IMG/VR virus record: IMGVR_UViG_3300045988_056140
Direction: 5' to 3' (one strand)
DNA from: a virus
Length of the DNA: 40,003 bases
Program-made: the position numbers and the translations under genes
Notes under the pieces: generated by a model
The model's input: the letters and a program-made list of their open reading frames with translations, nothing else
Database searches by the model: none
Told to the model about the DNA's origin: nothing
Shown here: in pieces, positions 15,292-23,934 of the stretch
Layout of the letters: the number at the start of each line of letters is the position of its first letter
How positions within the stretch are numbered: the stretch's first letter is position 1

Positions 15292-17460
15292 TCACCGTCC
15301 TGCCCATCTGATTGTAATGCCCTTTTTTGTGCTCATCTCGTAGCCGCCAAGATTCATGGCGCTCAACACAACAGCTTCTTTAATGTGCAGCTTTTGGCCG
15401 GAAAAATAGCTGATCTCATTTCCGTTGCCGTCGTAAAACGACAGTTTTCCAGCCGTAAAACGGGCAAAAGCCGAGAATTTTAAGTCGTCCTTTGTCTGCC
15501 CGACCTCCACGCCATATATGGGGTTTTGATTCTCATCCTCCGCGATCTTTCCGGTTTTGATGTAACCCTCGGTGGCCGTCACCTTGGCGGTAACGTCTTT
15601 GACTTGCCCGTCAATGCTTTTTACGGTTTCTTCCACCGACTTGATCTCGGTGTATTGCTGTGTAATGGCCTGCGAGTTGACCTCAATGTTTCCCTCGGTC
15701 GATTGCTTAAAAGTGTTAAATTCCGATTTCTCAGTGTAGGTTTCGGCCACGGCCAACTTGAATTTATCCACTTCCTGTGACAGTTCTGTGACCGCTGTGC
15801 GCGTTTCTGTCACAAGCGGCTTTGCGCTCTCGGTCATGGCCTTGCTGATGCAGTAAGCGCCGGTGTATGCCGTTTGCCCATCGGAGTAGGTGATTTTTGT
15901 GCGGCTCCACAAATAGTGTCCGTCCGTGATGTCGGGTGCGGTGCTTTGCCATGTTCCGCCGGACAACTCTGTGTCAGATGTCGACAGGTAGTATTCTACC
16001 GTGGTTTCCACCACGGACACACCGGCAGCACCCGGGTCACCCTTGCTGCCAGGTGCACCGTCTTTTCCGACAATGCGGATAGGCGTACTCCATGTGCCAG
16101 CCGTAGCAGATGCAGCCACCTTCTGCGACATCCACACCACGGCGGAGGTCAGATCGGTATGCCAGCCGCCCTCTGAGCCGTCGCCCGTGGGCACTGCGGG
16201 GGTGTCTGTGCCGTCATGGTAGGTGATCCACACAGACGCGCCAGCAGGTCCTGGGGTAAGCTCTATGTCCTCAATTTTTTTTGACAGATCTACACGGACG
16301 TTTGCAATACCCTCCGTCACTGTCTTTGCAGCGTCGAGTTGAGATCCGGTATAGGTGCGCCGCGTAGTGCCCATTGTGATTTGAGTGTTGCCCGGATTGA
16401 GGATGTCGGGGGACAGTTCCATAAGCGGGTAGGACGCGCTGTAGCCGTGGGGTGTGCTGGCCAGCATGGTCATGCGGCCAACTCTAAAATGTTGCACTGT
16501 ATCCTGCCATCCCAGATCCACAGCCTTACAGGTGATGGTTTCCGGCATAGACAGCCCGCTGTCGAGCAATACAGATGCCGCTTTTGTCCTTAAATTTGCG
16601 GCAATCGTCACATCGTCCCATTTGATATGCCGGGTAATGCGCCCATATGTGGCCACGCCAGACTTGCTATAGATGATTTTACCGGACTTCACCAAGTCAT
16701 CCGTCAAGTCACCGTCCGGCAGATTCCAGATGGTCAGGCCGTCCTTGCCCTCCGGGAGAATAGCAGTGTAAATGTCCGCACCGTCCGTCTCGCTGGACAG
16801 GTCAAGAAGATTTTCGGCGAATTCCACCGTCTGCGTGTTTGTCAGCGGCAGCGCGGCGTAATAGTCCAAATAATTGCCGTCATCTTCGTAACGAATCAGC
16901 AGATTCCCGCCCAGGGAAGATTTGAACAGCTTATCGGAAATAGTGGTCATCGCCGTGGCGTACTCCTCGGAGCTGCGGGTAATATAATTGTTCGGGTCGG
17001 ACACGGTGACCACGCCGGGCTTGATCTGCTGCTCTGCGGTCACCTGCGCATTGTGCTGTGACAGAATCCAGCGGAAGAAAAACTCCACCACATTTCCGCT
17101 TGCGGCGGCGGCCTTATAGGCAGCATCCTCCGCAAAGTCATCCGGGAAAATGAACGGTGGTATGATGCTGTCATTCAGCACCGCCATAATGCCCTCTGTT
17201 TCGATTTTGTGCGCACCGTAGAAATCTTTTATATCGCTGGTTATTCTTCCCCTATATATGGGGAAAGTGCCGTCCAGCAGCTCCACAAGGCCGCTCATGC
17301 GGCGCAGATTGCTTAAATAGGGATGTTCTGCGTCCACCGTAAAGGACATTTCCCCGGCCTTGCTGACCGCCAGCTTCACAGAGGGGTCACGGACGATTAG
17401 TTTTTCATCCGCAAGGCGCGGGTCATACAGAATATAGTTTTTGTATTTGAGTTGATACAT
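15292..17460 (-). CDS. Tail-associated protein Tal-B (with short collagen-like stretch)
   Basis: 722 aa, MYQLKYKNYILYDPRLADEKLIV...YRGRITSDI..., with GKDGAPGSKGDPGAAG. TAATG overlap with the Dit-B stop. Confidence 0.8.
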   Translation of the reverse strand: MYQLKYKNYILYDPRLADEKLIVRDPSVKLAVSKAGEMSFTVDAEHPYLSNLRRMSGLVELLDGTFPIYRGRITSDIKDFYGAHKIETEGIMAVLNDSIIPPFIFPDDFAEDAAYKAAAASGNVVEFFFRWILSQHNAQVTAEQQIKPGVVTVSDPNNYITRSSEEYATAMTTISDKLFKSSLGGNLLIRYEDDGNYLDYYAALPLTNTQTVEFAENLLDLSSETDGADIYTAILPEGKDGLTIWNLPDGDLTDDLVKSGKIIYSKSGVATYGRITRHIKWDDVTIAANLRTKAASVLLDSGLSMPETITCKAVDLGWQDTVQHFRVGRMTMLASTPHGYSASYPLMELSPDILNPGNTQITMGTTRRTYTGSQLDAAKTVTEGIANVRVDLSKKIEDIELTPGPAGASVWITYHDGTDTPAVPTGDGSEGGWHTDLTSAVVWMSQKVAASATAGTWSTPIRIVGKDGAPGSKGDPGAAGVSVVETTVEYYLSTSDTELSGGTWQSTAPDITDGHYLWSRTKITYSDGQTAYTGAYCISKAMTESAKPLVTETRTAVTELSQEVDKFKLAVAETYTEKSEFNTFKQSTEGNIEVNSQAITQQYTEIKSVEETVKSIDGQVKDVTAKVTATEGYIKTGKIAEDENQNPIYGVEVGQTKDDLKFSAFARFTAGKLSFYDGNGNEISYFSGQKLHIKEAVVLSAMNLGGYEMSTKKGITIRWAGR

Positions 17461-18125
17461 TACAGGCTCGCCTCCTGATATGTAACCGTGATACTGCCGG
17501 TGCCGCTGGCGATTTTAGCTTTCAGAATGTTGTTGCCAGCCGCAAGACGGATAGCGGGCAGAATGTGATCTCCCGCGCTGATGTTGATTGTGCTGCTTCC
17601 CCAAAGCAAGGTGGTGTCCTGGGTCACCGTGATGGCGGGAATCACCGGGCGGCTTTCATTCGGAAGCGAAAGTTGCTTATAGGCCGTCCCCAAGTCAGAG
17701 CGGGACACCGTTGTTCTCTCGTTCTTGTATTTCCACGGATCGCAATCAACAGTAACAGGGATCGTCTGCTTTATTTTGTTAAGCTTAACGTCACCGGCAG
17801 AACACCGCCCACTGTAATAGTGAGCGGTGTCCTCGGAAAATTTCACTTTGACACGCTTCCCATGTACGGTGTTGCAGAAATCGGAGATTGCGGAAGGCCA
17901 ATCTTTCCCATTTAATGAGGGAACGCCGATAAGTTCAAGTTTGATAGTACGGTTTTTATAGGTGGCTTCTCCGGTCAGTGCATCGGAAGCGTCAAGCAGA
18001 CCGTCCCGACCCGGAACATCAATCATATTCGTGCGGACTTCCGGCAGAGATATGGACTTACTTGCAAGCAGCAGGCCATATTCTGCGTAGGTGTCTTTTC
18101 CGTCAAAAAATACTTTTCCCATCAT
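17460..18125 (-). CDS. Distal tail protein Dit-B
   Basis: 221 aa, ...MIDVPGRDGLLDASDALTGEATY...VDCDPWKYK. The start overlaps the stop of the second tape-measure gene. Confidence 0.8.
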   Translation of the reverse strand: MMGKVFFDGKDTYAEYGLLLASKSISLPEVRTNMIDVPGRDGLLDASDALTGEATYKNRTIKLELIGVPSLNGKDWPSAISDFCNTVHGKRVKVKFSEDTAHYYSGRCSAGDVKLNKIKQTIPVTVDCDPWKYKNERTTVSRSDLGTAYKQLSLPNESRPVIPAITVTQDTTLLWGSSTINISAGDHILPAIRLAAGNNILKAKIASGTGSITVTYQEASL

Positions 18126-19831
18126 ACGACCCTCGCCCTCCTTGCATTGATTTTGGCCAGTTCTTCATCCATGCCTGGTGCAAGCAAACCGACAACCTGG
18201 CCGCTGTCCATGATGACTTTCATATTTGCCAACATAGGCAAATACTGTTCCAGCAGCATTACAATTCTGCCGGAATCGCTGCCACCGCTTGTGCTTGCTG
18301 CTCCGTAAGAGCCACTTGTATAGTTTCTGCTGATGTTTGCATCTGCCGTAATAGTGCCAGCGTCAAAGCTCATGTTGCCTTCGATGTCCTTTTTCACCGA
18401 TGAAAATTCATCGCTAAACCCTTCGCCCAAGCCTTCAGCCATAAAGCCGCCGATACCGGCGAACACTTTAGACGGGGAGTGGATGCCCAAGAAATCCTTA
18501 ACTCCACCTACAATTCCACCGAAAAAGTCTTTTACTTTTCCAATAACCCACGAACCCATGTTTTTGATGCCGTTCCAAAGTCCTTCGACTATGTTTTTGC
18601 CGACATCGAAGATTGCCGGGATGCCGTTGATGATCCCTTTCACGATAGACGAAATGATTTGCGGGATTTTTGATACCAAATTCGGTATGGCGCGGATCAG
18701 ACCGCTCGCAAGTGCAGCAATAAGCCTGATTCCACCTTCAATCAGTTTCGGCAAGTTGTCAATCAGCTTATCGACTATGACATCAACCATTTCCAGCACA
18801 CAGTCAATCAGCATATCGATGTTGTCAAGGATGCCGCTTACAAGCGCAATGATTAAATCCATGCCAGCAGCAACAATGCTTGGTAGGTTTTCAAGCAAAA
18901 TCTGGACTGCCATCGGAATGATCGTTTGGGACGCTTCTGTTATGAGTTGCGTAAGCCCTTGGATGATGATATTTATGCGCGGAATGATATTTTCGCCAAC
19001 AGCAACAAGACTATCGACAAAATTGGTAGTCAGCTCCTTGAAGTTCGCATTATCATCCGCAATACCAACAAGCAGGTTTTGCCATGCGCCCTTCATGGAC
19101 GCAACAGAACCTTGGATCGTGCTTGCCGCTTCGTTTGCCGCGTACCCCTGCATTCCGACCATTTCGATGTAATCGACAAGAGCGCTTTGGCAATCCGCAA
19201 GGTTTTCAATCTGGTATGCTGTGGCACGTCCATTTGCCGCGTTCCACTCGTTTACCTTGTCAATAACTTCCTGAAAGCCCTCTTTCGTGGGCGTGATACC
19301 GATTTGCAGGTTGTCCAGCATGGTATAGTTGGACTTCATGATTCCGTTGAAAGCATTCTGCACGGCTTCCTGAGAATTGCCGGTTGCTGCCACAACGTCT
19401 GCTTCCGCATTGATGATCCTGTCGGCAAGCTCTGCCGCCGCCTGTTCATTCCCGCCAAGCGCCGTTTTCAGACCAGTGGCAAAGCCGTTCACCTGCTGCA
19501 AGTATTCATTCTGGCTCATTTGCACGGTGCTGTATGCGTTCTTCGCCTTCTCTGCGATAAAGTCATAGGCTTCGCCAAACATCAGTTTTGCGCCGCCTAC
19601 AAGCTGCTCATAGTCCGCATACGCAGACAGCGCTTGCTTGCCGACAGCCACAACAGCAGCACCACCCGCAGCAACGGCAGCAGCACCGATCTTTCCCATC
19701 GTGCTTAACAGTTTAGAGCCTTTCCGCTCTGCGTGTTCTGTGGTTTCATTGATTTCGTTTTTTGCTTCATCCGACCCGGAAATAGCAATTTTGCCAAGTA
19801 GCTTAAAAATTTCCAAGTGACCTTCACCCAC
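18122..19831 (-). CDS. Tape measure protein 2
   Basis: About 565-569 aa. N-terminus (L)EIFKLLGKIAISGSDEAKNEINET, long helical/hydrophobic middle, GIHSPSKVF motif, C-terminus VIMDSGQVVGLLAPGMDEELA. Starts at GTG 19831 or, more likely, TTG 19816, which is the homologous position to the TMP-1 start. Confidence 0.75.
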   Translation of the reverse strand: MGEGHLEIFKLLGKIAISGSDEAKNEINETTEHAERKGSKLLSTMGKIGAAAVAAGGAAVVAVGKQALSAYADYEQLVGGAKLMFGEAYDFIAEKAKNAYSTVQMSQNEYLQQVNGFATGLKTALGGNEQAAAELADRIINAEADVVAATGNSQEAVQNAFNGIMKSNYTMLDNLQIGITPTKEGFQEVIDKVNEWNAANGRATAYQIENLADCQSALVDYIEMVGMQGYAANEAASTIQGSVASMKGAWQNLLVGIADDNANFKELTTNFVDSLVAVGENIIPRINIIIQGLTQLITEASQTIIPMAVQILLENLPSIVAAGMDLIIALVSGILDNIDMLIDCVLEMVDVIVDKLIDNLPKLIEGGIRLIAALASGLIRAIPNLVSKIPQIISSIVKGIINGIPAIFDVGKNIVEGLWNGIKNMGSWVIGKVKDFFGGIVGGVKDFLGIHSPSKVFAGIGGFMAEGLGEGFSDEFSSVKKDIEGNMSFDAGTITADANISRNYTSGSYGAASTSGGSDSGRIVMLLEQYLPMLANMKVIMDSGQVVGLLAPGMDEELAKINARRARVV

Positions 19832-19852
19832 TTTCTGTGAAGATAAAATAAA

Positions 19853-19878
19853 AGAAGGCCACCGGAAAGCAGCCTTCT
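19853..19878 (-). terminator. Hairpin/attenuator between the two tape-measure genes
   Basis: Minus-strand RNA AGAAGGC-UGCUUUCCGGUG-GCCUUCU, extendable through G-U pairs to a UUCC tetraloop, followed by UUUAUUUUAU. The 5' arm overlaps the TMP-1 stop codon. Confidence 0.45.
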
Positions 19879-21616
19879 ATCGTGTGTTTCCTCTTTGTGT
19901 GTTTCTCAACCTATCCGACAACCGCATATCTATTTCGGGTGTCAATTCTCCGACTAATACGCCGGAATCCAGCATAACGCCGTGTGGCATAGACCGAGCC
20001 AAAAAGTCAATCAGGATTTGGTTTTGCTCAATCAGCGTCTTTCTGATTCCTTCGTTTTCCAGCATGACAGCAGTCCGGACATAATCAAGCAGCGTGTCAA
20101 TGGGCGCGATGGCTTCCTTTCCGGCTTCGCCACCACCAAGCAGCGTGTTTCCGATGCTGCCGAAGATGGTAGGCCGGTCAAGGATGCCGCCTTCAGCGTT
20201 CCACTTGACGTTGAAGTTCGGCAGCTTACCCTTGCCAGCAATACCGAAAGGCGCTTTGCCGCCGCTGACAGAGATTTTCGGGATTTTCAGGTTGCTGAAA
20301 ATCTTGCCAATGCTCAACGGGAAAAAGCCCTTGATTTTATCAATGGCTTTCTTCACAGCGTCACGCGCCCCCTCGATCTTGTCAGCAATAGCGTCCTTGA
20401 TATTGCCAAACGTGTTCTTTACCCTTGATACAACATCCTTCAGGTCGTTGAACTTGCTCTTGATCCACTTGACCGCAGAAGAAGTAGCGGACTTGATCTT
20501 TTCCCACATTTTCAGCCAGAAGTTGCGGAAGCCCTCATTGTTCTTCCAAAGGTACACAAAAGCCGCCACAAGGCCGATGATAAGCGACACGATCAGGCCG
20601 ATGATATTTGCCCTCATAGCCAGATTCAACGCTTTCACGCCGCCTGTGACCAGCTTCAGGGCAGTTGTGGCCTTGCCCATGATGCTCCCCCACTTCAGCA
20701 CAAGGACAAACCCGGATACCGTGACCGTGGCGGCAAGGATGCCAGCCGCCCACGCTTGCACGGTGCTTTTGTTCTGCTTGAACCATTTGATCATGTCCTT
20801 TATTTTGGTGATAAAGGATTGAAGCAATGGCACAGCAGCGGCCACCATTTCGGCAGTCTTATTCTTGATAGCGGTCAAAATCGGCTCACCAACACGCCCC
20901 AGTTCCGCAAAGGCACTCGACAGTTTTTCGTTTGCTCTATTCGCCGCCATAACATCGGCGTTGGTTTCCTTGTACTGATCCGATGCCTTTTTATAAGTGC
21001 TGTTCAGCGTGTCCATGATAAGCTTCTGACGCTCCTGCTCGGTGCTGCAAGCGTCAAGCTTTGCCTGAAATTCCTCTTCGCCGATGCCAGCCCAATTCAG
21101 CGCATCAACAAGACCGCCTGTGAGCTGTCCGGTCTTTGCCGTTTCGTTGGCCGCTTCTGTCAAGCCCTCAATAGGCAAGCTATCACCGAATGTCGCAAAA
21201 ACGCCGGTGCAGATGTCCGTCCATGTCTGCAAATCCTTTTCGTTGTCGGTCATCACCGCCAAATGGTTTGCCGCTTCAACAGATACATCAGTATCACCCA
21301 AAACGGCCTGTAAATCCTGATAGGTTTTCTTCGCCGCTTCGGAAGAATGGCCGTTCGTGACAAAAGCTGTGTCCAGCTTGCCCATTTCCGTTCTATATTC
21401 TCTGGAACCCTCAATAGCTGCTACCCACGCGCCGCCTAACGCCACACCAGCGGACAAAACAGCCTTTCCGATTTTCAGTGCCGATTCACCAATCTTCTTG
21501 AAGGAAGCATCTGTTTTCTTGCTTCCCTTATCCGCTGTTGACGCAGTTTCTTCAATGGCTTGCTTTGCCTGTGCGTTATCAACGGCAATCGTTCCTAACA
21601 GCTTGAAAAGTTCCAT
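19877..21616 (-). CDS. Tape measure protein 1
   Basis: 579 aa. N-terminus MELFKLLGTIAVDNAQAKQAIEET, TM-like segments, GGGEAGKEAIAPIDTL, C-terminus VMLDSGVLVGELTPEIDMRLS. GGGAGGG RBS. Follows the G/G-T chaperones. Confidence 0.85.
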   Translation of the reverse strand: MELFKLLGTIAVDNAQAKQAIEETASTADKGSKKTDASFKKIGESALKIGKAVLSAGVALGGAWVAAIEGSREYRTEMGKLDTAFVTNGHSSEAAKKTYQDLQAVLGDTDVSVEAANHLAVMTDNEKDLQTWTDICTGVFATFGDSLPIEGLTEAANETAKTGQLTGGLVDALNWAGIGEEEFQAKLDACSTEQERQKLIMDTLNSTYKKASDQYKETNADVMAANRANEKLSSAFAELGRVGEPILTAIKNKTAEMVAAAVPLLQSFITKIKDMIKWFKQNKSTVQAWAAGILAATVTVSGFVLVLKWGSIMGKATTALKLVTGGVKALNLAMRANIIGLIVSLIIGLVAAFVYLWKNNEGFRNFWLKMWEKIKSATSSAVKWIKSKFNDLKDVVSRVKNTFGNIKDAIADKIEGARDAVKKAIDKIKGFFPLSIGKIFSNLKIPKISVSGGKAPFGIAGKGKLPNFNVKWNAEGGILDRPTIFGSIGNTLLGGGEAGKEAIAPIDTLLDYVRTAVMLENEGIRKTLIEQNQILIDFLARSMPHGVMLDSGVLVGELTPEIDMRLSDRLRNTQRGNTR

Positions 21617-21660
21617 GTTGTTCCCTCCCTAAATTGATAGGGCAGGGTAGGGGCTGCAAC

Positions 21661-22415
21661 TCATTCTTCTTGTGGCACGAATGATGTTATTTCCATAGAA
21701 TGCTTGACGATTTCGACCAGCTCTTTCTTGCTTGTCGTTTTAGGTTCTGGGCGGCTGCTCTGATTTGTCGCGTCAACGAATTCCGCATAAGAGCGCTCAA
21801 AATCCTTGTGCAGCCAGTATTCCCACATGGCCTTTTCTTCCTGTTCCTCATTTCGTATGCGGACAACCGTGCTGATGAACTCATACAGCCGCCCGGTCTT
21901 TGCCATCTGATCCAACAAAATCATTGGATTTGCATACCGCTGAAACAGAACATCGAAGAATTGAATATCGCCTACTTGAACAACTTTACAGCTTCCTGAA
22001 AAAAATCTGCAAACTCCTTTTTCTTCACAAGGTCAACGACCATGCTTGTGAAGGTCATTACCGGGAGCTTTGCAATGTCGGCGGCCTTCATGCCGGACAA
22101 ATTGGACAGCAGCGCATAGATGTCATTTTTGCATTTGCCGATGTTCGCCATCAGGATTGCGGCGATGTCCAGAGCCACAGAAATGCCGACAGATGTAAGG
22201 TCGTTGCTGTTGTCGGCAGCTTCTTCCTTTTCGTCCTTCTTCGCCATGCTCTTAACAGCGGCCTTGACATCATCGGATGCAAAACAAGCCTTGAACTCCT
22301 TGATGCCGATTTTGCTGACGATGCTTACAAGCACAAACAAATCATCAGCCTGGAGGTCTCGCAGCGCATAGGTTTTTTCGATGTTTTCAGGCATTTTACA
22401 TAACCACACTTTCAA
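21661..22415 (-). CDS. Tail assembly chaperone G-T fusion (programmed -1 frameshift product, about 251 aa)
   Basis: The -1 frame is open from well upstream of the G stop down to 21661. The track ORF 21661-21924 is its distal part. Shift site T_TTT_TTT at 22005-21999. Confidence 0.65.
21972..22415 (-). CDS. Tail assembly chaperone G
   Basis: ORF of about 140-147 aa between the major tail protein and TMP, carrying a slippery heptamer near its 3' end. The start is uncertain (TTG 22415 or ATG 22394). Confidence 0.75.
   Translation of the reverse strand: MKVWLCKMPENIEKTYALRDLQADDLFVLVSIVSKIGIKEFKACFASDDVKAAVKSMAKKDEKEEAADNSNDLTSVGISVALDIAAILMANIGKCKNDIYALLSNLSGMKAADIAKLPVMTFTSMVVDLVKKKEFADFFQEAVKLFK
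21999..22005 (-). promoter_or_regulatory. -1 ribosomal frameshift slippery heptamer U_UUU_UUU
   Basis: The G-frame codons gat ttt ttt put the 7-T run in X_XXY_YYZ phase, 9 codons before the G stop. Confidence 0.65.
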
Positions 22416-22438
22416 TTATTTTTGCATTTAGTGCAAAT

Positions 22439-22475
22439 AAGGGCAGAACCACTTACATTTTGTGATTCTGCCCTT
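22439..22475 (-). terminator. 10-bp stem-loop after the major tail gene (possible attenuator)
   Basis: AAGGGCAGAA pairs with TTCTGCCCTT around a 17-nt loop. The downstream U-tract is weak. Confidence 0.35.
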
Positions 22476-22480
22476 ACAGA

Positions 22481-23068
22481 TCAGATTTCGGATGCCTTCG
22501 GGTAGTAGATATGCCAAGGCAGCTTCTCCAGGTCGCTGGTCAGGTCTGCGTGGCACTCGAATGTGTACTTGCCGACAGCGCCTTCCTTGTTCTTGCCTTC
22601 CGGCTCAAAGCCGGACGTACAAAGTGCGTTTTCCATAATGGCAATGATGTTTTTACCTTCCAGCGTCTTGCCGACAAAGGCGATATTCTCCCAGTAGTCA
22701 CCCTCGGAAATGTTTGCCTTCGGTTCGATCACATCATAGTTGGCTGCATCCTCGGACGTGCCGTCTGTGCCGATGGTAGCGGCCTTGATAATGTCCTTGG
22801 TTAGCTCAATGAAGTTGATTTCCATTTTTCCCGTCTCGCCGGTCTTGACCTCCAGCCCCTTGGCCTTCACCAGTGCGCCGTCAACCTCGATGTTGGTAAT
22901 CTCCGGCACGATGGACAGCTTGGAGCCGCCGGAAGTGGCACCAACAATGGTGCTGTCAAAGTTCCATGCGTTGCTGGTATACTTCAGACCCTTGTGGATC
23001 GTACCAGCACCGAACATGATATTCTTGGGGGTATTGGCAGATACGCCGGTCTTGCCCTCTTTGCTCAT
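22481..23068 (-). CDS. Major tail (tube) protein
   Basis: 195 aa, MSKEGKTGVSANTPKNIMFGAGTIHKGLKY...VKAKGLEVKTGETGKMEINFIE. Position upstream of the chaperones. phi13-like family from memory. Confidence 0.8.
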   Translation of the reverse strand: MSKEGKTGVSANTPKNIMFGAGTIHKGLKYTSNAWNFDSTIVGATSGGSKLSIVPEITNIEVDGALVKAKGLEVKTGETGKMEINFIELTKDIIKAATIGTDGTSEDAANYDVIEPKANISEGDYWENIAFVGKTLEGKNIIAIMENALCTSGFEPEGKNKEGAVGKYTFECHADLTSDLEKLPWHIYYPKASEI

Positions 23069-23069
23069 A

Positions 23070-23453
23070 TCAGCTCACCTTCCATTCCTTGCATTGTAGA
23101 TTGATTTGGATTTTCTTCAGTTCTTCGTCCCCGGTCGGGACGATCAGAGAACTGCCATAGAAAACGGCCACGGCTGAACCATCGTCAACCATGACCGTCT
23201 TGCCATATACCTTGTTGAAATAGTTCTCGATCTTCGCTTTTGCATTTTCCAGTGTCAGCCATGTGCCACGGCTGAAGCCTGACAGCATGAAGGTCGTTTC
23301 CTGCAAGCCGTCCTCTGTCATAGGCTCTGTTTCCGTGTACTCACCGACAAAATAGGGGTATACAATCGGCTCCTTGGTGTATTCGCCGAATTCGTATTCA
23401 AGCCCCAATTCTGTCATGCCGTCTGACACGACTTTCAGCAGATTTTTAGACAT
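23070..23453 (-). CDS. Tail terminator/tail completion protein
   Basis: 127-aa ORF between the HK97-gp10-like protein and the major tail protein (synteny). Confidence 0.6.
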   Translation of the reverse strand: MSKNLLKVVSDGMTELGLEYEFGEYTKEPIVYPYFVGEYTETEPMTEDGLQETTFMLSGFSRGTWLTLENAKAKIENYFNKVYGKTVMVDDGSAVAVFYGSSLIVPTGDEELKKIQINLQCKEWKVS

Positions 23454-23932
23454 TAGTCATCAAACCTCGCTTTGAAGATTTGTTCAGCCCTTCGGATGAT
23501 CTTGTTCTTGTTTTGGTCAAATGCGGTTTGCAGCATCCGAACAGGCTTTTTTCCGTTCGTCTTGTAGAACTTCTGGCCGTCCTTGCCATACACGATGATG
23601 ACTTGGCCGTTGAATGTCGGCTTTTTCTTACCTGTGACCTTTTCAACAGGGACATACCATGCGCCAACACGACCATTGCGCTTCAACGCCCATTCACCGG
23701 TTCCCAGCTCCATCCAGATAGCATTTTCCAGAGGACTTCCAACAACAGCTTCACCCTTGGATTCATCGACATTTGCAGCCCACGATCCTTTAAGCTGGCC
23801 TTGGTCAACAGGCGTGTTTCTTGCCGTGGCTGACACAAGTTCCGCAGACGCTTCCAGCAGAAACGCGCCGACAGCATCATCAATGGCTCTGTTTACCTGA
23901 ACATGGTTGTCAATAAATTCAATGTCTGCCAT
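23453..23932 (-). CDS. HK97 gp10-family head-tail joining protein
   Basis: 159 aa, ...ARNTPVDQGQLKGSWA..., characteristic of the HK97 gp10 family. Confidence 0.7.
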   Translation of the reverse strand: MADIEFIDNHVQVNRAIDDAVGAFLLEASAELVSATARNTPVDQGQLKGSWAANVDESKGEAVVGSPLENAIWMELGTGEWALKRNGRVGAWYVPVEKVTGKKKPTFNGQVIIVYGKDGQKFYKTNGKKPVRMLQTAFDQNKNKIIRRAEQIFKARFDD

Positions 23933-23934
23933 TG

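Noticed and set aside
9286-18125. Invertible (Gin/Cin/shufflon-type) tail-fibre switching between the two cassettes
   Set aside because: Both cassettes are in the same orientation and I found no flanking inverted repeats. The only recombinase is a 550-aa integrase-type serine recombinase in the lysogeny module.
18333-21313. Multiple 150-280-aa plus-strand ORFs inside the tape-measure genes
   Set aside because: These are shadow frames of long repetitive helical genes. Their translations are Ser/Pro/Phe-rich low complexity without starts or RBSs.
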